A DNA stretch of 64,000 bases from Lama guanicoe (lineage: Eukaryota). Shown in pieces: positions 53,580-64,000 of this stretch. Made by a program: the position numbers and the translations under genes. The notes below the pieces were generated by a model. That model had not been told where the DNA came from. It worked only from the letters and a program-made list of their open reading frames with translations, and did not search any database. The stretch is taken from contig MU056050.1 in NCBI GenBank assembly GCA_013239625.1, positions 4,535,366-4,599,365 on the forward strand, written 5' to 3'. The stretch's first letter is position 1. Every line of letters starts with the position of its first letter.

Positions 53580-53755
53580 AAGTATATTGAACAAATTACT
53601 ATTTACCAGGCACAGTGCTAGGTGTTTTACATGCATTATTTTACTTAATTCTCACAACAACCCTATAAGGTCAGCAACATTATTATCTTTATTTTATAGA
53701 TGAAGAAATTGAAGTTCAAGGAAGATAAATAACCGATTTAAGGGCACACAGGTAG
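53580..53755 (-). mobile_element. MIR
   Basis: ccaggcacagtgctaggtgttttacatgcatt...ctcacaacaaccctataagg...attttatagatgaagaaattga. Confidence 0.85.
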
Positions 53756-53999
53756 TTCCTAAGCCATTACTTTTAACTGCTATGTTCAGATACGCTAAGT
53801 GAAAATTTCAGAAGCTTCCGACATAGATGAGTTAGAACATTTGTACTTTTATCCTTAGCTCACTAGAATATTACAGTTGCCATTTCCCATGATTCTAGTT
53901 ATTTGGTTAGATGTGTTCTTGTTTTCTACTTGCTTCTTTAGAAAAGGGAAGAATTGATAAGTAGCCATTAAATAAAGCCATTAAAAATGGCTTTGTGAA

Positions 54000-54321
54000 A
54001 AAAAGAAAACACGAACTCATCTATAAAACTGAAACAGACTCGCAGACATAGGAAACAATCTTATGGTTATAGGGGGACAAGGGGTGGGAAGGGATAAATT
54101 TCGGAGTTTGAGATTTGCAAATGTTAGCACTATATATAAAAATAGATTTAAATAAAAACAAATGTCTTCTGTATAGCACAGGGAACTATATTCAATACCT
54201 TGTAATAACCTTTAACAGAAAAGAATATGAGAACAAATGTATGTATGTGTATGTATGACTGGGACATTGTGCTGTGCCCCAGAAATTGACACATTGTAAC
54301 TGACAAACTGACTTCAATTTA
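54000..54321 (+). mobile_element. 5'-truncated young L1 3'UTR with 17-bp TSD
   Basis: TSD aaaaatggctttgtgaa at 53983-53999 and 54322-54338, TT|AAAA site; homologous to the 3' end at 58480-58790. Confidence 0.92.
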
Positions 54322-57300
54322 AAAAATGGCTTTGTGAACATTAAATGTTTCTAAAGTCACATCTAGAATTCCCAATTAGCAAAACTGAACTTCCTAGTAT
54401 TAAGTGGAGTTCCATCATAAACAAAATGTCAATAGGTCAGAAATTGGAAGAAACTAGGTGGTTATAAATTACTTTCTCTATAGGACTTGTCAATTTTGAC
54501 CTTCTAACACTTGCCAGTTCTCCCTTTTTGATTCAGTGGCTTTTATGGAGTCGTTTTAAGTTTCAGAACAAAACAAAACATATAAACAACAGAATAAACA
54601 TTGGTGAAGCTTGGCCTCTGACCAGACACTTATTTTTTGTCTCTTCCAACATTTCCAGAAGCATTAGATATCAGACATTTTCTTTTTCAGTAGAGGCTGC
54701 TTTTCTCTGTGCTTCTTCTTACCATTTTCTCTCACTACCTTCTAGGTCCTGTCTGATATTCCACACACCAAAGAGCAAAAGATGGGTGCATACTTAGAAC
54801 AGAAGGGTTGGACCAAAATGCAAGTTTTATACTGAATATCACCTTCCATCTCGGTAGTTCATTTCCTTCTCTTGCACTTGTACTTAATGTAGTATGAGCT
54901 AGCTAAGAGGTCAGTGGCACAATTTTTAAAATAATTTTCAATAAATGTGTGTGTGGGAGTGAGCTATTCCAGGGACTTTGGTTAAAAGCACATTTTCAGC
55001 AAAAATGATGATAAATTTGTGTTCTCTGACTTGCAAGTTTGGAAGGTCTTTATCAGTACACTTTGTAATTCTCAAAAAGGCAGTTAGAGCCCTAGTGATG
55101 GTGAACCACACATAACTGCACATTCCCCGAAGAAGAATTCTTAGGATGCTTATTGTTTAGTCCAATAAAAACCTTGACATAATCTCCTTTAGTGTATTTA
55201 ACTTTCTAGACACTAGATGTTTAGTATTTGTTTCACATCACTGCTTCTGGGTTCTAAAATTTAGACAAAATGTGTGTCTAAAATGTTTTTGTACACCTAA
55301 CAACAAACCAATCAATGGTGAGGTACTTAACCTAAGATATGTACCCTTTAAATATTTGACAGATACCTGGAAAATACTTATGCTTATATTAATGCACATA
55401 TTAAACTCACAGGGATGACATATAATGTCACAGTCACTTAATAAGTTCTCTTTGCTCCTTCAAGTTTTAAAGACTCTGTAGCATCGATTTTCCTTTTATT
55501 GCAATTTCCTGAATATTACGGTATGTTGTCAGGTAATTGCCATGCAATGAATTTATATTTAAACCACATTACATTCTCCCAAATCTTTAAGTTAATTTTG
55601 TGCTGTAATAGTTTTCTGTAACAGGAAGTTGTGTACCGTCACCTAAGAGTTCACCTAAGCCATAGGAAATAAACAACTTTGCAGACGTATCATATCTTTA
55701 GCTTGGGTTTGGAAGGTAGTCTAGAATATAAAATGTAACTTCTGGTAGGAAATAATGGTATGTGATATGATGAATACTGAGAACTTTATACTGGCAATTC
55801 CAAATCTCTTTCCTGTGAGTGATCCAAAGCACAAGACTAAACAAATATAATTAGGTTTTGCTGGGTACAGTTATTATTTGTTTAAATGTTGTAATCCTCT
55901 TACTAAATATAATCTGAAATTTAATTTGGTGGCAAGCAGAAAATATTGAAAAGCAGTGTGAGCTTTCATCAAATCTATCTGGTATGCACCCCCTTTGATT
56001 ATTTTTATATTTGCATAATTAAAAACTTGTTTCCCCTACTGTTTCCTCAAGTCCAGTGAAATCACGGTGCAAAGTTTTTGGAAATACGAGGTAGAGACGG
56101 CAGAAAATCAACATTGTTATTTTAATGTTATGGAAATCAAATAATTGTACAATATGATGCAGAGTAGATACAGACATAGAAATGGTATTCTTTCAACTCG
56201 GTAGCCAAGACCCTGGAGAAAGTCTTTCAGGGACCTTCACAACACAGCTGAAAGGACTCAAATATAGTAATGGAGATTTTTTGTCTCCAAACTAAAAATA
56301 AAGTCTGATGAATTTAGCAAAAACAGGAACTCTTGCTTTTATTTAGTACTGATATAATTCAAAGGGTCATCATGAAGAGGATTGAAAGCGAATTGCAAGC
56401 CATTGTCAGCACTGAGCAGAGAAAAGACATTGGTTCCTTGCTGGGGCAGTTAGAAAAGCTCCCAATAGTCCTACAGAGCTCCGAATGCAGGCAATCCAGC
56501 AACTGGACGTTCCATGTGTAATGTTAGCTGAAACTCCCTAGAGAGCGCTTGAGTCTCAGCACATAGCCTTCAGTCCAAAATAATCTGACCAGTTAAAAAT
56601 ACATCAAATAGAGCCAAAAAGAAAGAAGGAAGGAAAGAAAAGAAAGAGAAGAAAAGAAAAGAACCAAGCAAAAAATACCCAGAGGCATATAAAAATGAGT
56701 TGGCTACACAGAATAAAAACAAAGGAAAAAATCTGATTCTGAAGCCAGGCTTTGGTAACAACTTTGTATATGGGTCTAGCCAAAGACCAAAGATGAATAA
56801 AAGGTCTATGACAATCATCTGAGTTAATTTCACTGGAAAAACAATTCCTTCTTAATTCCTAAGACCCTGAGACAAGGGTTTCAACTTGTTTTCGGCTTGA
56901 ATAGTCTGGACATGACTTTAGATCTCTGAAATATTTGTTTGTTTTTAAATAATGTTATTGTTTAGTAAAATCATATTATTTATTTTAAAAAATCAAAAGA
57001 TATAGAAAGATACAGGGATGAAAATTAAAATCCCCTAAAGGTCTATCTGTAGTACTTTTTAAGAATAGATTTAATTTGAGAGTATTTTTTTTTCCTGTTC
57101 AAATCTCTTTCATCCTTAAAAGTAGAGCTGTGGTTCTACCTCTTCCAAGAAACTCTTCAAGATTAAATTGCTGACTTCTCACCCATCTTTGCTTTTGATT
57201 ATGTTCTAAAAGCAATAATGTAAACATTCCACAATTAGACATTCATTTGATACGATTTATTTTATTTTCCCTAAATAAATGCAACTGCTCAAGTTAGAAT

Positions 57301-57418
57301 ATATTTTTATCTCCTTTACAGTAGCTTATGTAGTATTGCTAACACAGGAGATATTCAATATGTAAAGAATTGTAAGGATTTGTAAGAGGAAACAAAAAAA
57401 TAGGACTCTAAATATTTT

Positions 57419-57881
57419 TAAATTGATGTTTATTGAAGTATAGTTGATTTACATTGTGTTAGTTTCTGGTGTACAGCATCATGATTTAGACATACAAAAA
57501 TATATTCTTTTCAGATTTTTTTTCATTATAGGTTATTACAAGATTTTGAATATAGTTCCTTGGGCTATACAATAGGACCTTGTTTATCTATTTTATATAT
57601 AGCAGTATGTATCTGCAAATTCCAAACTCCTAATTTATCCTTCCCCACCCTCTCCCCTTTGTTAACCATGTTTGTTTTCTATGTCTGTGTGTTTTTTATT
57701 TTGTAAATAAGTTCATTTATATAACTTTTTTTTTAGATTCCACATATAAGAGATATCATACAGTATTTGTCTTTCTCTGTTTGACTCCCTTCTCTTAGTA
57801 TGATAATCTCTAGGCCCATCCATGTTGCTGCAAATGGCATTATTTCATTCTTTTTAAAGGCTGCGTAGTATTCCTGTGTGC

Positions 57882-57913
<32 letters not shown>

Positions 57914-57971
57914 ACATATGTATATACTACAACTCCTTTATCAAGTCACCTGTCAAATGGACATTTAGGTT
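57419..57971 (-). mobile_element. 5'-truncated L1 3' end containing a (TG)n tract
   Basis: Reverse complement of the same L1 3'UTR type; (TG)n ~57888-57912; degenerate TSD aggactctaaatattt / aggaatctgaatgttt. Confidence 0.9.
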
Positions 57972-58071
57972 ACAGGAATCTGAATGTTTCAATCAAGTTT
58001 GATATTTCCTTCAGATTTACAAGTAACTTCATCCATTTACATTATTAATGCACATTTTAAAACTATGTTTG

Positions 58072-58787
58072 CCTCCTACAATGTTGGTGGGACTGTAGTT
58101 TGGTGCAGCCATTATGCAAAACAGTATGGAAATTCCTCAAAAAACTAAAAATAGACTTACCATATGATCCATCAATCCCACTCCTGGGCATATATCCAGA
58201 GGGAACTCTAATGCAAAAAGAGACATGCACCCCACTGTTCATAGCAGCACTATTTACAATAACCAAGACATTAGAAAAACCTAAATGTCCATCTACAGAT
58301 GGCCAAACAAAGAAGTTGTGGTATATCTTATGCAATAGAATACTACTCGGCCATAATAAAGAATAAAATAATGCCATTTGCAGCAACATGGATGGACCTG
58401 GAGATTGTCATTCTAAGTGAAGTTAGCCAGACAAAAAAATGAAAAATACCGTATGATATCACTTACATGTGGAATCTAAAAAAAAGACACAAATGAACTT
58501 GTTTACAAACCAGAAACAGACTAACAGACATAGAAGGCAAACTTGTGGTGGTGGGAGGGGGTACAAACGGATAAATTGGGAGTTCGAGATTGCAGATACT
58601 AACTACTATATATGAAATAAATAAACAACAAATTTATACTGTATAGCACAAGGAACTATATCAATATCTTGTAGTAATCTATAATGAAAAAGATTATAAA
58701 GAGGAATATATTCATGTATATGTATGAGGGAAGCATTTTGCTGTACACCAGAAATTGACACAACATTGTAAACTGACTGTACTTCAA

Positions 58788-58817
<30 letters not shown>
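58072..58817 (+). mobile_element. 5'-truncated L1 (ORF2 C-terminus + 3'UTR, (AAAT)n tail) with 13-bp TSD
   Basis: ORF 58100 [32 protein letters not shown] is the L1 ORF2 C-terminus; TSD aaaactatgtttg at 58059-58071 and 58818-58830. Confidence 0.95.
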
Positions 58818-58818
<1 letters not shown>

Positions 58819-58841
58819 AAACTATGTTTGGTTAAATAGGA

Positions 58842-59197
58842 CATAAGTTCTAAAACTTTTTGGCCTAGGACCACTTTACACCCTTAAAAATTTTTCAGGA
58901 CTCCAAAGATTTTTTTGTTTGGGTGGGGTACACCTATCAATAATTACCATAGTAGGAATTAAAAGTGAGAAAGTTTTAAAACACAGGATATACAAGCACA
59001 TACTTCATTAATTTCAAAGCAATGACATCACTTATCATGCAGCCTCTGGAAAACTCCACTGTACACTCATGAGCGACTGAGAGTGAAAAAAGCAAATAAT
59101 GTCTTCATATAATAATGAAAATATTTTGACTTGGTGGACTTTCGGAAGGGATCTTGGGGTCTCCAATTTTCTCCATACTACACTTTCAGAATTGCTG
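58842..59197 (-). mobile_element. hAT-Charlie non-autonomous DNA transposon
   Basis: Ends resemble Charlie termini (...cacactttcagaattgctg); internal gcctctggaaaactccactgtacactc; subfamily not assigned. Confidence 0.75.
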
Positions 59198-59420
59198 CTC
59201 CAGATAAACTAAACTCAACGCATCTGTTCAAAACTAGTCATGATATTTGGAGGTTTACAGAACAAAAAGGAACTGGCGGCATGGTGTGTGGTCAAAAGGG
59301 CTTTAGGTTCTAGTGCTCTTATAGCTAGTCAGTTGGTTAGACCTAGAGACAAAGACTGTCCACTTGAAAGCTATGTTCATCCTCAGAAAGCTAGGCTTCA
59401 AGACTGTAAGACCATCTAGT

Positions 59421-59603
59421 CAGTATTTCTCTGCTGTGATTCAAAGATCCCTCACATCAGAATCATTCAGTACTTAAACTACAGATAACCAGACCCCACG
59501 ACAGATCAACTAAATTAGAATCTTAGAGGTGGAGCCTGGGAATCTACTATTTTCATAAGATCCCCAGGTGAATCTGTTACTCAGTAAAATTTAGGAACCA
59601 CTG
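59421..59603. mobile_element. MER5-like hAT-Charlie MITE
   Basis: cagtatttctc...catcagaatca...agatccccaggtgaatct...ggaaccactg. Confidence 0.8.
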
Positions 59604-60639
59604 ACATAAAAGTGCATAGGTCACCTGAAATAGTGCAACAGCCTCTACATCCACTTGCTCTGATTTGGCCATACGCAGAATGACCCACTGCTTCTGCAAC
59701 GGTTCATAACTTTGCTTCAATTATTACTTTAGGGTTGTTGAAATTTTGACACCTGAGTGAGATTCCTCCATTACCTTCTAGTAACTTCAAAGAGGCCCTT
59801 TTCCATTGCCTGGCCCTCCAGAGTCTGATCTTTCCTTCTGATGAACCCTTCCCCTAAATATACACACACATCAAATTCATTTCTCTAGAAACTGAAGTGG
59901 AGGCTCTGAAATACTTCAAAAATCAAGGCAAATAAATGACTCCACAGCACTTGTGATTATCCAGGACCTTTGAGCACACTCTTATGTCAGCAACATAGGC
60001 ACACAGCACAATTCAGGCAAGAATTAAGAATGGTCTTTCTGCATGGGCTTCATTATTATTTTGATTTTGAGTTTCATCAGCAGATTTTCCTGCACCCTGA
60101 ATTATGGTCAGTCTATAAGAATGTTACACTTTCTCCAGCAAGCTCTTTACTTGACCACTGGGGGGATGGGTGTCTGGCAGGGGGAATGGAAACTACTAGA
60201 GTGGGAAAAAACTATTTTTTTCTCTAAAGCAGCAAAATCGTTCAGAGAATCAATCAATCAAATCTGCACTATCCAGAAAACCAAACAACCTTTTTTTTGA
60301 GGCTTTTCATTCTAATCATCACAGGGGCTTTCAATGATTCCTGCTGTGAAACACAAGACTCTGAAGTCCAATTAAATATATAGTCAAATACAAAAATGCA
60401 GACTCTTTATTCTAACCCAGCTACTGCATTAAATACAACAATGGGTGAGATTTATGTAGCACCAATTGGAAAGTTTAAAACATTTTACACCACGGGGTTT
60501 TTAAAATTCTCTGGTTAATCTTTCCCACCTTAATGATTTAGGAAATGAAAAACAGCCTTTTAGGTAGGCAAAAGAGGGGCTACCTACACAGTCCTATTTA
60601 AAATGTGTCCCAAAGTGATTATATAAAGTGTTTTTACAT

Positions 60640-60950
60640 ATTGCAAGGCAATTTCACATATTATGGTACTTAATTTTCTCAACAGCCCTGAAATAGTATC
60701 ACTATCCCCATTTTACATATAAGAAAACTGAGTCGAATATGCACCAGGGATTCTATTTTAATCACCCAGTGTGGAACAGTCACTTTTCACACATGATTTA
60801 ATATCATTCTCTCTAATCTCACTTTACAAATGAGGAAAATGAGGTTCAGAGAAGTTAAGCAACCTGCCCAAGGTCACAAAGCCAGTAAGTAGTAAAGCTG
60901 AGGTTTGAACCCTGGTCTGTGTTCCTGTTTCCAGAGCCAAAGCTCTTCAC
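60640..60950 (-). mobile_element. Two adjacent MIR fragments
   Basis: ccccattttacatataagaaaactgag, and ctttacaaatgaggaaaatgaggttcagagaagttaagcaacctgcccaaggtcaca. Confidence 0.82.
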
Positions 60951-61371
60951 AAGTTGACACATATAATTCACTTTTAATAAAGCTGGATAAAATGTTTTCA
61001 ATGGGAATTTACAGTGTCTGAATTGCAAGCAAGAAGAAACTAATCTAAAATAGTTTTTGGTTTTTAAACCAAGTGCTCAAGAAACTAAGTATGCTTTCAA
61101 TTCCTTTGCATATATATGTATATAATTATTATAAACTCATGGTCTAATAAATTACTGTAAAATAACTTTTTTCATTAACTTTCCTCATTTTACTTATTCA
61201 TCCATGTTTACATCTTAATTTATGATATATACAAATATGAACATAAACTTCATTACTTTCATTCTATTTTTAATTAATATATTCACTAATTCAAAAAGGT
61301 ATTCTCCATAGTTGTTATTAATAGCTCACTTGGACAACTCAAACTGCCCTCACCTACACTTGACCCAATAA

Positions 61372-61415
61372 ACATACACACACATACACACACACACACA
61401 CACGCATGCACACAC
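61372..61415. repeat. Imperfect (CA)n microsatellite
   Basis: Directly visible. Confidence 0.9.
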
Positions 61416-61919
61416 AATTAGCTCCATGTTCTCCCACTTGCTCCAATACTAGAAGCTGGGTGACCTAACCATGAATGTAAACTCAGTCCTATCTTAGTGC
61501 CATGGAAATAATATGAGCAACCCTATATCTGCAGTTCAAGAGCTCAACATCAATTTAATTTTAATATTGGCGATACTGGGTACATATGAAAACTAGCTCA
61601 CTACTAATGGCCTCTCAGTGCTGTCCTATGGCCAAGTTCTTTTCTCTGTCACCAACCCTAGTCACTCCATAAGAGGATTTTCAGTCCTCACCATCTTGCT
61701 GGATGACTACCAGATGTCTAATCTTCCATCGTTCCCTGCGTTCCTGCATGGGCAGGCTTTCTGGGATGCAGTGCAGTTTGGATGATTTCTTCATTGCAGA
61801 ACTATATTAGGATGCGTGTCGGTGAATACATGCATTAAATAAACTAAACTCGGCTCTGGTTCACAGGTTTTGATCTGTGATTCACCTAGAGATATAGTCA
61901 GGGGGCCTCAAGGTCAAAT

Positions 61920-62130
61920 GAAAGAACTGTGGGCTCTGGTGTCAGATTGGCTCTGTCTGAATATTGTCTGCTATTTCCTAATTGTGAGACCTCGGGAAAA
62001 AAAACTACTTAACTCCTCCCTCTCTCTTTATCCTCATCTGTAAAATAAATAGAATAATAGTAACTGCCTTAAAAGTTTGCTATGAATATTAAATGAGACA
62101 AAATGTGTTAAATATTTGGCACAGAGTAAG
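61920..62130 (+). mobile_element. MIR
   Basis: gggctctggtgtcaga...tgtgagacctcggg...cctcatctgtaaaat...taaatgagac. Confidence 0.78.
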
Positions 62131-64000
62131 TGGTAGAAAAGAATCTTCTTTTCCTTTCGTCTTCATTTTCTCATCTGGCTTGCTCCACTGTTACTTAATT
62201 TCCAGTTCTGACTCTCAGAAGAGCAAGAAAAATTAGAGTGATCTATGTTGAAGGCACTTCTGAAAGCATCTCATTTATACAAGAACATAACCTGCTTTGG
62301 AGTAATTGTCATAAGTGACCTGTTTTAACACAAATTTTTTAAAAGTCTGGAGCAAAGAACTGATCTTCACACAAGCAGGTCCAACAGTGAGGCATATATT
62401 GTCAGTTGTTTTTGCCAGTACTGGCGGTGAAACAACCACACTGTCACCTGTTCATCCTCATCACTTACCACGCAGAGTTTGCAGGACAGCTGGTGGCAGA
62501 GAGGACCGGAATGCTGCCTATAGTTGTGTAACTGAATAATTCTGTCTGGCCCATTCTGGGATAGTGCCATGCCTTCATTAATCTCATGCTTCTTAATACA
62601 CTGAATTAAATAGCAACCAAGCCCTAAAAATATCTGGTCTATCTTCTAGAAATACTTTAAAACATTCTAAACTTTCAGGGCTTTCCACAGGCATAACTAC
62701 ATTACATTTTGAAAGTGAGTTAATGGATGAGAACTTTTGACAACTGTCTCCCCAGAGATCAGCATGACAATATCCTCATCACTTTCTTATTAGCCTGATG
62801 GAAACAGAAAATCATCCTCATGTCTCTATCTCCTGGATTCTTTTTCTAGCCAAAGAGAAAGAATGCATTTTAAATGGTAGGTCACCTGTACTTACACATC
62901 TGCAAAATTTCTTTGAAAAACCACTGAAAACATGGCACTACAACCACACTTTTAATGACCTCATAATTGCTGGGCGAAAGTAAATATATCTTTGTATGGT
63001 CTTCACTTAGCACTTCAATACAGTCCTCAAAACCTTTTGAGAGATAAATGAGTAATATGCTGAGCTGTGTTATGAACTCAGAGGCCATGGGTAACGAAAG
63101 GCATTTAGAGCTTAGCTACTTTCACAACTAAGCTACTTTTTGGCAAATCCTCAACTTCCATTATTCATTTTTCCTTCCCAAAGTAGTGACTCAAAGAAAC
63201 AAACAAACAAACAAAAAGCATACACTATATGACTTCATTTTCAGAGATCAATGGATAATTGAGGTAGCCTAACAGCTTTTTGTCAAAAGGTAGATTTTGA
63301 GATAATTCTAGTTTTACCTTTAACCATAAAATCTGAGTGTCTTCAAATACTCCCTGCTGGGTACAACTTTACTAATTACCTGGCTGATCTTACTGTCTCT
63401 AGAGGGTCCAACTGGCTCTTTATACTTCTATTTCTGCCAAATGTAAGCCTTATTTGGATTAAAAATCTGAACTACAAAATTCCAAATTTTTTCCTTCATT
63501 CCTACTTCCTTGCCTGTTGCTGACATAGAATACCATCTCCTGCTCTGTCCATGCGTATTGTCCCCAGCCTTCAGAACACAACTCAAGCCCCAACCCCAAA
63601 TGGTTCACAGCCACTTTCACCTAAAATTATAGTTCCTTGTTTTGAACTTCCATTGTGGAAAATTGCAACTAATAGTCTGTGTCTATTTTTTTAATGCCTT
63701 CTTCAACTCTTTTATAGATGTTATTTTCTCTCCCCAGAAAGTAAATATTCTTTGAGGTCACTACCAATTGCATATTTAACTTGTGTGGCAGAATCCACAC
63801 TAAACCAAATAGTGAATGCATGCAGTAGGTATTCAATAAAAATTCATTGCACACAAGCAAACAAGTTGCAAGGCAAAATCTGAGCCAGAGTCCATACATG
63901 TATAATACCTAATATGGTTTTAGAAAATTCTAAGGTGCCATTGGCTTTGTCTTTCTGCCCAGCTATTCGGTGTCTTACACTTCACTCTCACGTACTCCAA

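Noticed and set aside
1030..63899. Remaining 60-120 aa ORFs in the track as genes
   Set aside because: Lengths typical of chance ORFs, many non-ATG starts, AT-biased composition, no recognisable domains; many lie within repeats.
1..64000. CRISPR array, operon or prokaryotic defence system
   Set aside because: No regularly spaced repeat-spacer array and no dense coding; the sequence is clearly mammalian.

Overview
AT-rich, CpG-poor mammalian genomic DNA, intergenic or deep intronic. I found no convincing host protein-coding exon or RNA gene. About half the window is transposon-derived: one decayed near-full-length L1 (+, ~23.9-30.0 kb), many older L1M/L2/MIR fragments, two solo LTRs, several hAT MITEs, three tRNA-derived SINEs and several younger L1 3' fragments. 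The SINEs and young L1 ends resemble camelid families (from recall, not a database search); I saw no Alu, Bov-A/BovB, PRE-1 or Can-SINE. The ORF track is L1 remnants or noise. I see no evidence for a new biological system. The best oddities are a 60-bp near-perfect inverted duplication in an MLT1 LTR, a 68-bp twin-primed L1 with a perfect 15-bp TSD, a possible twin-primed plus 3'-transduced L1, two interlocking inverted repeats over a candidate splice donor, an 82-bp dispersed duplication and a small CpG-rich motif cluster. Boundaries of old repeats are approximate and subfamily names tentative.
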